DNA of 53,642 bases from Octopus bimaculoides (taxonomy: Eukaryota). The DNA is taken from NCBI RefSeq assembly GCF_001194135.2, contig NC_068988.1, positions 81,656,486 to 81,710,127 of the forward strand. The letters run 5' to 3'. Shown in pieces: positions 23,845 through 36,330 of the stretch. A model generated the notes under the pieces. That model made no database searches. It was not told the DNA's origin and saw only the letters and a list, made by a program, of their open reading frames with translations. The translations under genes were made by a program, and so were the position numbers. How positions within the stretch are numbered: position 1 is the stretch's first letter; each line of letters starts with the position of its first letter.

Positions 23845-24320
23845 TATTTTATCTAGTCATAGTTCATTACTAAAATATGAGAAATGTATTGTTTTATTCA
23901 TTAGTTATAAGTGATACCTAAAATATGTGTTTATGTGAAATGTAGTATTACTTTATTCATTAATCAGTTTGTTAGTAAAATATATGCTGTGTTGTTTCTT
24001 TCATTAATCATTGTTCATTACTAAAATATGGGAAATGTTATTAACTTTTATTCATTAGTCATAGCTCATTTCTAAAATCTGAGTCTATGAGAAATGTTAT
24101 CCATTTTATTCATTAGTCCTATTTCATTCCTAAAATCTGAGTTTATGAGAAATATTGCCTTATTTTATTCATTTGTCATTGTTCATTACTAAAATATCAA
24201 AAATGTTTTTATTCATTAGTCATAGTTCATTAATAAAGTATCAGTTTATGAGAAATGTTGTATTATTTTATTCATTAGTCATAGTTCGTTATTGAAATAC
24301 AAGTTTATGTGAGAAATGTT
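23845..24320. repeat. ~50-bp minisatellite TTTTATTCATTAGTCATAGTTCATTACTAAAATATGAGAAATGTT, about 9 copies
   Basis: Direct reading. Confidence 0.85.
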
Positions 24321-25086
24321 GGCTACAAAAGTAGAAAAGGTCCTATCATTATGAGCAGAGATTTTATTTAATTTAACTGTCTGCTACTAATTAACATAAA
24401 GGAATTAAAGTAACAACATTGTTTTGAATCAATAATGTATATGCCAACATAACATTAGTATAATGGTAAAACATATAAAAGTGATTACAAACAGATTTGA
24501 TGGCAAGGTCAGCAGGGGTCATTAGCAATTACTTTATAGCTGAAACTTGTGACAACACATTATGAGAGATGACTTTCAATAGGAATGTAATGGGAGATCA
24601 CATTGAACTCAGCTTTACTGTAATGGACTTTGATTAAACAAACCAGATGTAGAAGATACAGATTGATGAGGTTATTGCTGCAGGTAGACAGTCAATGAGT
24701 GAACTTATTTGCGATCATTCCACCTGATAGATATGACAGCTAAATTTCCCTTAATCCATGACCTGTTTTATTACAAATAAGATAAATTAAATAATGTGGT
24801 TCAGAAACAGGATAGTCATGGTTGGAATACTTTCCTTTGATTATATTTCTGTTTTAATATGGCCATCTTGTGGCTAAACAACAATAATAACAGCAACATT
24901 CAATCCTAATTATTATTCAGAATTAGAAGGATTATTTATTAATCTATTTAAAATTATAATTGTTATTATAAATATATATAAGTTTATTAAAGTATGTATG
25001 CATATATGTGTGTACACACACACACACACATGTATGCATATATGTTTATATATATATTTGTGCGCATGTGTATGTATATTTATATA

Positions 25087-26277
25087 TCAGGTCATCCCAT
25101 AAGTTCTGTCCGATTTTACCTTTTTTAAAACTGAACGAAATTTAATAGCATTTTAGAATGCCTTATGGAATTAAAAATTATTTTTATGCATTTTTGTACA
25201 TTTAAACTAATTAAATATTATTTTACAGAATAATAGAATTAAAATTTCTTTGATTAAAACCCTTTCTAACATGGAAGTATCCTTTGAGGCACATAATGCT
25301 TTATGAGGACAAAAAAAGAAACTCTACAGCTGAAGAATGCTTGAATGAAAGAACTTGTAGAAGATGGTTGGCAAAATTCAGAAATGTAGATTTCAGCCTT
25401 GAAGATGAAGATCGAACAGGACATCCAGTTGAGTTTGATGATAAGCTCCTTGAGGCATTATTTGAAGAAAATCCTGCATTATCAGTTGAAGAATTGGCAA
25501 TAAAGCTTAGTTCAAACCATACAACTGTTCATTGTCATCTACAACAACTTGGAAAGGTTCCTAAACTTGGAAATTGGGTGCCTCATGGATTGTCTGAAAG
25601 CAACCACAAATCCATTCTCGCGAACTCATTTCACCCTTTTTGGATAGACTTGTGACTGGTGACGAAAAATGGATCTTCTATCGAGATGTTAAACGTCGTA
25701 AACAGTGGTTTGGTAAAAAATAAAAAGCTCAACCACAACTGAGAAGGGAACTTCATGGGAAAAAGGTTCTTCTCTCTATCTGGTGGGATAGCATAGGAGT
25801 AATTCACTTTGAATTGTTACCACCTAATGCAACAATCAATGCTCAAGTCTACTGTCAGCAATTTGAGCGTTTAAATCAAGCTTTGAGAAAAAAAGACCTG
25901 CTTTAGTGAATCGAAAAGGAGTGATGTTTCATCAGGACAATGCGTGACTCCATACTGCAAAGATAACATCACAGAAGATCGAAGAGCTTGGTTGGGAAAA
26001 AATTCCTCATCCACCTTATTCTCCTGATCTTGCTCCTTCAGACTAGCATTTGTTTCAGAATTTACAGAATCATTTGTGGGACATGACTTTTGCAAGCCAG
26101 GAGGAGGTAGAAACTGACATTTCAGAGTTCTTCAATTTGAAACCAAAAGAGTTTTACATTGATGGGATTAAAAAGCTTGTAAATAGATGGAAGGAAGTCA
26201 TAGATAATCAGGGAAAGTACATTGATGATTAAATTTCAATTAAATATAACATTTGATCATTTGTTTTCTTTATTCAA
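25087..26277 (+). mobile_element. Mariner (DD34D) transposon, inactivated; 3' end lost in gap
   Basis: TA plus TCAGGTCATCCCATAAGTTCTGTCCGA left end; motifs WVPH, LVTGDEKW, QDNA, YSPDLAPSD with 34 residues between the second and third D. Confidence 0.97.
25271..26232 (+). pseudogene. Mariner transposase with frameshifts and stops
   Basis: ATG at 25271; ORF pieces 25284-25655 and 26050-26232 in the track; ends GKYIDD*. Confidence 0.95.
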
Positions 26278-26581
26278 NNNNNNNNNNNNNNNNNNNNNNN
26301 NNNNNNNNNNNNNNNNNNNNNNNNNNNNNNNNNNNNNNNNNNNNNNNNNNNNNNNNNNNNNNNNNNNNNNNNNNNNNNNNNNNNNNNNNNNNNNNNNNNN
26401 NNNNNNNNNNNNNNNNNNNNNNNNNNNNNNNNNNNNNNNNNNNNNNNNNNNNNNNNNNNNNNNNNNNNNNNNNNNNNNNNNNNNNNNNNNNNNNNNNNNN
26501 NNNNNNNNNNNNNNNNNNNNNNNNNNNNNNNNNNNNNNNNNNNNNNNNNNNNNNNNNNNNNNNNNNNNNNNNNNNNNNNNN

Positions 26582-26641
<60 letters not shown>

Positions 26642-26645
<4 letters not shown>

Positions 26646-27862
26646 GGTGGTGAGCTGGCAGAATTGTAAGTACCCTGGGCTCAGCGGTATTTCACCTGTC
26701 TTTACATCCTGAGTTCAAATTCCTCCGAGGTTGACTTTTCCTTTCATCCTTTCAGGGTTGAGGAAATAAATACCAGTGGAGCACTGGGGTCGATGTAATC
26801 GACTAGCCTCCTCCCTCAAATTTCAGATTTTGTGCATATAGTTGAAAGGATTATTATTATTATTATAAAGGTTACAAGATGGCAGAATCATTACTGCACT
26901 GAACAAAATGCTAAGCCACATTTCTCCTGGCTCTTTATGTTCTCAGTTCAAATCCTTTCAGAATTGATATAAGTAATTTTTTTATTACTGGGGTTGAATT
27001 GACTTACCTCTTCCCTAAAATTATTAGCCTTGAGTCAAATTTTAAAACCATTAATATTATTACAATTTATCCCACATTCTGAGTTCAAATTACTCTGAGG
27101 TGGACTTTGCTTTTCATCCTTGCAAGGGCTAATAAAATAAAGTACCCATTGAATGCTGGGCTCATGTAACTGACTGGCTCCCTTCCCCTAAACCTTCAGG
27201 GCTGGTGAGCTGGCAGAATCATTAGCCCACCAGGCAAAATACTTAGCGGTATTTCGTCCATCTTCATATTCTAAGTTCAAATTCTGCCAAGATTGACTTT
27301 GCCTTTCATCTATTTGGGGTTGATGAAATTAGTACCAGTTATGCACGGGAGTTGACTAGTCCCCTCCCCACAAATTTCAAGCCTTGTGCCTATAATAGAA
27401 AGGATTATTAAGGTGGTGAGCTGGCAGAATCGTTAGCATGCCAGAAAAAAGGGCTTAACTGCATTTCATCCATCTTTACATTCTGAGTTCAAACTCTGCT
27501 GTCAACTTTGCCTTTCATCCTTTCAGGGTCGATGAAATAAGTATCAGTTGATGTAATCAACTAGCTCCCTCCCCCAAAATTTTAGGCCTTGTGCCCATAG
27601 TAGAAAGGACTATTATTATTATTATTATTATTGCTGTTATTATTATTATTAAGGCAGTGAGCTGGCAGAGTCATTAGCACACCAGACAAAATGTTTAGCA
27701 GCATTTCATGTCTTTACATTCTGAGTTCAAATTCTGATGTAGTTGACTTTACCTTTCATCTGTACAGGACCGATTAAATAAGTACCAGTCAAGCACTAGG
27801 GTTGATATAATAAACTAGCTACTTGCCCCTAAATTTCAGGACTTGTACATATAGCAGAAAAG
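26642..27862 (+). mobile_element. Head-to-tail array of six S1 tRNA-derived SINE copies (one partial)
   Basis: GG(T/C)(G/A)GTGAGCTGGCAGA-like heads near 26646, 26869, 27200, 27411 and 27651; headless copy near 27075; (TTA)n spacers. Confidence 0.9.
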
Positions 27863-27873
27863 ATCACCATCAT

Positions 27874-27905
<32 letters not shown>

Positions 27906-28023
27906 GTAGTAGCAGCAGCAGTAGCAGTATTGGGTTTAATTTACATTAAAATTTAATGGTTTTCTTATGGACTTGAAATAGAATAAGTACACTCACACAC
28001 TCACATGCATGCATACACCCACA

Positions 28024-28074
<51 letters not shown>

Positions 28075-28133
28075 TGATTTGCTAACCACAAAAAGGCAAA
28101 ATAAAACAGATCTTGAAGTCAGTGAAACCTCAC

Positions 28134-28164
28134 CAGAACTGAGCGTTTTTCAATAAATTATTTA
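28134..28164 (-). other. Candidate 31-nt exon of a minus-strand transcript
   Basis: Long AG-free pyrimidine tract GGTTTTGTTTTCCTGTTCTTCTTTGTGTCTGCCACAG, exon TAAATAATTTATTGAAAAACGCTCAGTTCTG, donor GTGAGG; one open frame (NNLLKNAQF). Confidence 0.45.
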
Positions 28165-28977
28165 CTGTGGCAGACACAAAGAAGAACAGGAAAACAAAAC
28201 CACATAAACAGTTCACGAAAATAATAAAATCAAATTCAACAATTTAATCTTTCCTATTTCTCCTGTCTCCCCACCACTACCATCACCACCATCGTTACCA
28301 CCATAACCACCATCACCACCACCATCTAACTATTCATAACAAGAATATGTAACATATATTATTAATATCTTTCAATACAATATCACAATATTTCAACAAT
28401 TGAGCAAAAGACAAAAACTTCAATTGACAAGGCTTTCTTAACATTAACTTTTAGATATTAACAATTAGTGATATTAGGTGCATAATGGCAATTTTAAGCA
28501 AACTGGCATAAAATCAGGGAATATTTGACAAAGCAACATGAAACATTATCGGCTGATTGTAATGACGAGGAACAAAGCAACATGACAGTTACACGTCTTG
28601 TAGAAAAGACTTGCCTAAATTAGAAGGAAAAACTGAAAATATTGGAAATCATTATCAAATTTGACTTGTTAATCAGCTATCAACTGCTTAAATCTATGCC
28701 AGCTAAAATGTCTACACAAATAAGAAGAGAACAGAAGTGGGTTTGGAAGGGAGGCACTGAATAAAATAAAATGAAATAAAATAAATTGAATGAAAAGTTG
28801 TTTTTTTTTTATAGTTAAATTGGTTTTGTGTTGTACAATGTATTTTGATTACTCACAGAAAAATATAGGGAAATGAAAAAAGAAAGAGAAAATAAAAGAA
28901 ATTTATTCTTAGAACAAATTCTTTGAATGAAAGATAGGGGAGAAAAAAATAAAGAAACTAAATGTGCCACCACCATC

Positions 28978-29015
<38 letters not shown>

Positions 29016-29189
29016 CAACAATGATGACAACAACAACAAAAATCAGCAACATCAGAAATAAGAACAGTAACAGCAACAACATTAACAATAACAACAGCAA
29101 TAACAAGTAAAAGACTGCTTAGAACCTTATAAATTCTGTAAACATTTGAAAATAGTTGCTTTGAAAAAATTCAACAGATTTTGAGAAAT

Positions 29190-30180
29190 AACCCAGTAAA
29201 ATATATTACAAGAGTGACGATGGTGATGTATGCTATACCCAATGTAAGAGATATAGTGGAATCACTAGCAGACTAACAGAGAATTTAAGCTTTCTATGTG
29301 ACAGATGCACTGGAGTAGGAAGTACTATGAGCACATCAGAAATGAACTTTCTTAAATGTCTGGATGGCATTTTATAGCTTTTGCTACCAAAATGTAATTA
29401 GTAAGTGAGGTAGTTGCTTTGAAAGTTAAGTAATCAGAGCAAGAATGGATTGGATAAAGTTCACCTACTGCTCTGTTGGCAACAAAGGTCTTTTTCCTCA
29501 AAGTGAAGAGCAAGTTGTTTGACGCTTAGGTTAGAATTGCAATACTGCTTAAGTAATAAGATATGGGCTTTGAATGCAAAGAACTTGAGAATAAAGCAAA
29601 CAAATGATGTGAGCATACTTTTTGGTGATCACTTATAAGCTTTAAGCTTATAAAATATATACATTCATACATACATACATACATACATACATACATAATA
29701 CATACATAATACATACATACATACATACATACATACATACATGCATACATATATATATATATATATATATAATTAAATATGTTTTTTTGCACAATATAAT
29801 TGATTTATCCATCAATAAAAAAAAAACATGTCTGAAATAGCTGTTGTGAACCCCAAGGAATTTGTGTTCTTTCTTTACAAGCAATGTAAGTGTGCATGAG
29901 TATCATAGTACAAACATACTGAGAGAAAAACTGGGCATAACAGGAATCAGAGACGTAGTATGCAAGAAAGAAAACTGCACTGGTATGGACATGGAATGCA
30001 TATAGAGGACAACTGTATAAAGAAGTGCCAATCACTTAATGTGTTTGGAGCTTGTAGAAGAGGAAGTCTTGAGACGACATGGGATTCAGTGGTGGAGGCT
30101 GACTTCAGAGTAGATGACAAAGAATCAGGATCACTGGTGATATGCAGTTCTCAAGACAACCAGTTTGCCTTGGCAAACTG
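29190..30180 (+). mobile_element. Decayed RTE-clade LINE 3' part, split by an insertion
   Basis: TKGLFLKVKSKLFDA, WALNAKNLR, NVSVHE..LREKLGI, QERKLHWYGH..CIKKC..GACRRG..TTWDSVV. Confidence 0.85.
29624..29883 (+). mobile_element. Small non-coding element with 3' half of a hammerhead (family B), copy 1
   Basis: Shares GGTGATCAC.TATAAGCTTTAAGCTTATA and CATGTCTGAAATAG.TGT..AACCCCAAGGAATTTGTGTTCTTTCTTTACAAGC with 31319-31533; GAA-ATAG/CTGT-T-GTGAA at 29834-29850. Confidence 0.7.
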
Positions 30181-30269
30181 ATTCTGGAAGCACAGCTGGG
30201 CCCTTCCTCCAATTTCTTCCTCAAGACACCTCCATCAACCACCGTCTCTCTAACTTTAGCCCTTCTTTG

Positions 30270-30340
30270 GTTCTCATGGAGTGGACTGAATCTAGGACCA
30301 CATGGTTGGGAAACAAGCTTCTTAACCACACAGCCATATA
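30270..30340 (-). mobile_element. S4 SINE tRNA-like head
   Basis: Reverse strand TGGCTGTGTGGTTAAGAAGCTTGTTTCCCAACCATGTGG. Confidence 0.75.
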
Positions 30341-30364
30341 TATATAATCTTCATTGTCATCATA

Positions 30365-30617
30365 ATCCTTTAATATCCATTGCCTGGCATGGGTTAGATG
30401 GTGTGACCAGAGCTGGTAAGCTGGTGGGGCTGCACCAGACCCCACTCTGATTTGACATGGTTTGTATGGCTGGATGCCCTTCCAAATGCCAACCACTATA
30501 CAGAGTGTGTTAGATGCTTTTATGTGGCACTGCACAGACACTTTTATGTCACTCCACAGGATTGGTCTTAACACTTCTGCTGTGAGGTTTGGGTCTTCTT
30601 GAGTATGGCTAGGTGCC

Positions 30618-30620
<3 letters not shown>
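30365..30620 (-). mobile_element. S2 copy
   Basis: GCTGGATGCCCTTCCAAATGCCAACCACT..GATGCTTTTATGTGGCAC. Confidence 0.8.
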
Positions 30621-30700
<80 letters not shown>

Positions 30701-30757
30701 CATACCCACATATATATAATACACATACATATATATATATGCATGTGCATATGTATA

Positions 30758-30788
<31 letters not shown>

Positions 30789-31247
30789 GGGAGGGGTGAG
30801 AGAGTACTGGAGAATTTCTTCATAGATTATCTAATTACATCAACTTGCAGGTTCCATTTACAATAATATCCATGAAACATTTGAACAAATTCTCTTGTTT
30901 GTTTTTGTCCTGTATCTACTAAGTGATCATTCTAAGAATGGGGACCAGTGAAAGATAAGATGGACTACAATGCACCAGTTCTCTTTGTAGTTTTGTCTTT
31001 TGATTCATAAGGATGTACAGGGAGTTCTAAATATCAGTTAGATATCAGGCAAGATAAATTTTAAATAATTCTAAATAATCATAAAAAAGGGTGTGGTGTG
31101 TATGTGTGTGCATGTACATGTGTGTTTGAGTGTGAGTTTGTATATATACATACATACATACAAACATACATATATTTGCAATGGTCTTTTGATAAGTTAT
31201 GTCGATTTTTACAATCCTGTTAATAATGATAATAATGTCTTATAAGC

Positions 31248-31351
31248 TATAAGCCCTCAATGGAAAAAGGTAAGGAAAACCCTACTTCTTTGTGTCAAGG
31301 GCTTATATGCCCCAATATGGTGATCACATATAAGCTTTAAGCTTATAAAAT

Positions 31352-31410
<59 letters not shown>

Positions 31411-31530
31411 CAATTAATTTCACCTGAAGGAAATGTATTTTGCATGATGTAATCGATTTATCTATCAATAAAAAAAACATGTCTGAAATAGTTGTATAGA
31501 ACCCCAAGGAATTTGTGTTCTTTCTTTACA

Positions 31531-31533
<3 letters not shown>
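31248..31533 (+). mobile_element. Family B hammerhead-bearing element, copy 2
   Basis: TTCAC-CTGAA-(GGAAATGTATTTT..AAAAACATGTCT)-GAAA-TAGTTGT-A-TAGAA at 31419-31501; 10-bp inverted repeat TATAAGCCCT/AGGGCTTATA at 31248/31298. Confidence 0.7.
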
Positions 31534-31579
<46 letters not shown>

Positions 31580-31949
31580 CTTAAGTTTCAACAATTAATT
31601 AATCTTCCCTCTCATCCAAGAAATGGAAATGGTTTCTCTCTTTGACATTGCGACTAAGTTTCTGACCATCAAATTACAGGCACTTCTACACAGTTTCTGT
31701 CAACCAAATTTAATATGGTGATGATGTTCCAAGGTAAGATATACTGGTTTATTGATTGTATCTAGTTTGGTACCCCACTGCAGCCCTAACATGAAATACC
31801 ACTGAGATTCTCACTAAAATGTGTATATCTGTAATGTACTGGAGTGGTGTATAAATATACTCTAATTCTCACATATGAACTTACACTGTATTAGCTAATA
31901 AATAACTTTTCTAGTGACATAGCAAAACAACAAATATGGAGTTGTACTG

Positions 31950-32190
31950 TTGCTATTGTTCTTGTGGTTTAGTACCAGGTCAAGCTTTGATCACAAGTTA
32001 GTACACGTATGATCAAAGATATGTTAGTGTTGACCATCTTATCAAGTATACTTTCCTACATGTAGTGTAGCTCAGATTTTGTTATCCAACATGTCTTTCT
32101 CCTTTGTAAGATGATAGGGTGTAAATTAGAGAAGAACTGGTTGTTATTTCTAGTAGCTTAAACAACCACATAGATGTTCCCTCATTTGCT
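31950..32190. mobile_element. Diverged SINE-like repeat (family S6); related pieces near 11620-11750 and 24735-24890
   Basis: Shared TGATCAAAG..TGACCATC and TATTTCTAG motifs; heavily diverged. Confidence 0.35.
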
Positions 32191-34214
32191 TGTTACTCCC
32201 TTACACTAAATAATAATTATATAACAATATTTAGATCTAATTAAGAAAAGGTATTCTCAGAAATTATAATGACTTAATATAAGGCTTCACAAACTATTTA
32301 ATGATTAGCGAAACCAATTACTGTAGATTTGTTTCTTGTTTGAAATTCTTTTCCTTCCATTTTGAATTAGAATGCATTATTCGATTTTTTTAGATTTTAT
32401 AACTAGTTATTTTTTACTTTTTTTTTTTTACATTTCCCTATTGTTGAACTAAGGATATTCACAGTTGGAAGTCATTTCTACTGATACTCTCCTTAAGTTT
32501 ATAATCATAATATTCCACCACATAAAGTTCACACTCAATATTCCATCATGTTAATGTCATTCACAAGAGTCCAACCATTCCACGACTTCCTTGCAATAGT
32601 TGATGATGACAACAGCTTCTGCCACCACTGCAACCACCATCACTACTACTGCCATTTTCACCTCAAAGCTACAACAGCCACTACAACCATATATCTCTTA
32701 ACCACTGTGTATCACTGTACTTTATTCATTTCTCTTACTAATGAAATGTTTAAGAAAATCATTGATTAACAAGACAATACATAGAAATATCTATAAACAC
32801 CCTGATATCAACTTCGTATTTATGTTGATTATAACATTGATTTAATGGAGATAGTGACATATTTAATCTCCTTACATACCAACTGGAAATCTTGTCCCTT
32901 GATTTTGTCTTTATATTGACCCCTAATTCAAGGAGACCAATTTACATGATTCAACAATCCACCTATAACACTTGATGTTGTGCCATTTCAACAAACATTA
33001 TTTTGATAAAAAGCAGAGGAGTGATTGTTATTCATTAGAGGAAAGAAAACATCAAAATAGATTAACTGATGCATTCTTGAATATTTCAACTTCTTAATGT
33101 TTAGATTTTGTAACAACCCTCCCCTGGCAAAAAATAAATGAATAAATAAAATAAAATAAACACCAGTGATTTAGAAAAAATATCTGACTGTGCTTCTATG
33201 CTTTAGTTACATTTTGAGTTATAACCAGCTTTTTTTATTACGAAAACCCAGTCTTACAAAATGGGCAGTTTTTATCCAGGAGAGCAACTCCTACAAAACC
33301 ATCATCCAAAATGTGAAGACATTATAGACACATAACAGTTTGAAAACTGTTTCATTACTTGTATTGCAGCTTGATACCATTGAGACCTTGCCAAAAGGTT
33401 CTTCACCAACTCTGTGAAGCCCTGCTTCCTACCACTTCTGAATCATAATGCTTCTGTATGCAGTACCTTTCTGGAAATGAACCTACATTTGTGACTCAGT
33501 TTATGTCCAACTTCACACAGTACACACAGGTCAATTTTTCCCTAACTATCTCTTTCCTCTCTACTACTTACACATTTATACCCAAAAAGAACTCCAGTTG
33601 CTTCAAATCAACAAGGCACCCACCTCCAATCCTGAATATGTCCCTTTCATTCCTCAGAGTTAGTCCTTGTCCTTGTCACTTTCATCATGCTCTCCCTCTT
33701 CAATGTCATCAGTGGTGGTCAGGTTTCATGTCCATCGATAAATAGTAGCAGCAATAGTAATTCACCTCCCTTCTCTCATTTGATGACAGATGCTCCATTG
33801 AAGAAATTTCTGACCAAAAATGCTGATTTCCTTTGAAATGACATGACCTAGACATCATTGTTGATGCCAGTATGTCTTGACTATGTTGTGGACAAATACA
33901 AACTACAAATTAGTAGGTTTGATCCCAAAACCTTTGCATGCTGTGACTATATAATACATAAAATATTCTATGCATGGTCAATCTGTCTCTCACCTTATGG
34001 ATCAGGGGATTCCTGTTGATGGAGCTGACCTTGATCCACACCTTATCCCCTCTGGTGTCCTCAATGACACTTTCACTTCCATTTACTTCTATACACAGTT
34101 TCTATACCTACTTCAGCTTCTGCATCAGAGCTTCATCCACATCCAAACAAAATACTTCATACCAAACCTAATCCTAACAACAACCAATCTTCAATTAAAG
34201 TTCAGCTGGTCCCA

Positions 34215-34340
34215 TATCTATAACCTTGTTGCTGTTACTTGAGTTGAGACTCACAATGGAGTACTGGTTCCATAGTTGAGACATTGCTGCCCTTACACAC
34301 ACAGACATCCTTGACCATACCCCTCAAAGGGGTCACCTAA
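34215..34340 (+). mobile_element. Possible LINE APE-endonuclease remnant
   Basis: LVAVT..DIAALTHTDILDHTPQRG across a frameshift loosely resembles the endonuclease N-terminus. Confidence 0.25.
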
Positions 34341-35160
34341 CTGACAAGCATTAAGTCACTCATAAACACTGACCCACAGATGTGCTGTAACCCTTTTGTC
34401 TTTACTGCTGCTACTACAGTTGCCTCTGCTCCAAGAGGATGGCTGTTCTCATGCCACCACCACTCAGACAATCCCAATTCATTCATCGCTACTGCTACAT
34501 ATCTATCTTGTATCCACAAACGCAACTCTTATTCTAACCAAAATACTTGACCATCCCTTCTCAAGCACCAACTTTCTGTAATGTCCGCCTTTTACTTGCA
34601 GTAGCAAATTTACAATTATTCAAAAGGCAAGTTAATAAGGTCGATCTCACTCATTGTGGAAGGCTTGCATAGACCTTGGATACTGCCTCTCACCTCATCC
34701 AGGCCAAAATAATAAAAGAGAAGGAAAAAACCACTCTGTTTCTATACATTTTACTTTGCATCAACAAGTTTTACCAGATAAATACCAGTGATATTCCCAT
34801 CATTGACATCTCACTCTATTGATTCTATTGAATTTATATTTGAAGAAGGCTGTATCAGCATATTTTTAACCTCACAGAATTCTGACATTGAGGACAAGAG
34901 AATTAATACGATATTGATATATTGATAAAAATCAATTAATGATCATCTGCCGGAAATATTGTTTTTACGCCAAAAGAAGAAATCAATATTTCTTTAAAGA
35001 AAATAAAAGTTTGGTAAAAAGAAATATAAAGGCAGCATTTTTAAATTTTTAGTTCTACATTATTCTAAGTTCAAATACAGATGAGGGTGAATCAATATAT
35101 ATACCTCCTAGGTTGATAAAATAAATACGAGTTACATAATTTATATAATAACAATTCTGT

Positions 35161-35211
<51 letters not shown>

Positions 35212-35274
35212 ATGTGTGTGTGTTTGTGTGTGTGTGCATGCATGTGTGTGTCAATTTCTCTCTCTCTTTCTCTG

Positions 35275-35317
<43 letters not shown>

Positions 35318-35419
35318 AACAAAAATGAAGTTAGTTTAAAACATCATTATTACATGCATTTCTATAGCATGGTTTAATTAAGATATGATTTCAATAAATA
35401 TCATCATTATCATAGTCAT

Positions 35420-35600
35420 TTAACATCCATTTTCCATGCTGGCATGGGTTGTATGATTTGAAATGTGCTGGCAAGGCTGGAAGCTGTGCCAGGCTCCATT
35501 GTCTGTTTTGATTTGGTTTCTACAGCTGGATGCCCTTCCTAATGCCAAACAATTTACAGAGTGTACCAGGCACGTTTTATGTGGCACCAGTACCAATAGC
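35420..35600 (-). mobile_element. S2 copy
   Basis: TTTAACATCCATTTTCCATGCTGGCATGGG..CAGCTGGATGCCCTTCCTAATGCC. Confidence 0.85.
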
Positions 35601-36109
35601 AAGTAACTCGCAAGACAAAAACCCCTCAGCTGGGAGGGGAATAGTATTTAGTGGGGGTGTTTTGTACCAGTTGATGAGAGATTAAAAGTAGAAAGGGACA
35701 GAGATGGGTGTCTTGCTGTAGAGTTAATACATGGACACCTCTGTTGGAAGAGAAAATAGAGTGAGTGGGAGAGTAAGAAAAAGAGGGAAGGTGTGTCAGA
35801 GTGTAAGATAAAGAGAGTGATAATAAAAGAGGTGACGGGGAAGTTGTGTTGGGATATGTTCTCAAGGAACATTGGGTGGGGGGAACGCTACACATTACGT
35901 CAAGTGATATTCTGTCAAATATTTGACAGAATATTACCTGATTCGATGGATGAAATATATTAAAGGAATGAGTGTATATATGTGTGTGTGCATGTATATG
36001 TGTGTGTGTATGCGTGTATGTCTGTATGCATGTTTGTGTGTGTGTGTGTGCGTATGTGTGTGCATATGTGTGTGCGTATGTGTGTGTGTTTGTATCTCCC
36101 TGACTTGAC

Positions 36110-36330
36110 ATCTTGAATTTGATATAAAAAGAGCATCACCATTGTGATGTCATTCATTTACAGTCTGTCACAAAAAACATGTCTCACCACTGGTAAATAT
36201 ATCCTTGCTTGAAAACAGGTGGGAGTTTGCAACAGGGATTTGCATATGGTTGCCAAAAAACCTGCCTTCACAAATTTCATCTGATTCATGTAAAAGTGAA
36301 TGTTAAAACAACGGTGTGATGATAATGATA
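36110..36330 (+). mobile_element. S3 copy (diverged)
   Basis: Reverse of 1225-1447 and 45320-45540 (CTTGACATC..TTGCTTGAAAACAGGTG..GAATGTTAAA). Confidence 0.6.

Noticed and set aside
23845-24320. CRISPR-like array
   Set aside because: Animal DNA, degenerate units, no unique spacers and no cas genes; it is an ordinary minisatellite
26646-26740. HDV/CPEB3-like ribozyme in the S1 SINE head (GGCAGAAT..TTCAAATTCTGCC)
   Set aside because: P1, P1.1 and P3 cannot be formed properly; tRNA A and B boxes explain the motifs
31621-31733. 113-nt + strand exon with strong splice sites
   Set aside because: Stops in all frames, and part is an antisense S4-like SINE fragment
33680-33712. Minus-strand CTGATGA..GAAA
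   Set aside because: Stem II is out of register and no stem I or III is present
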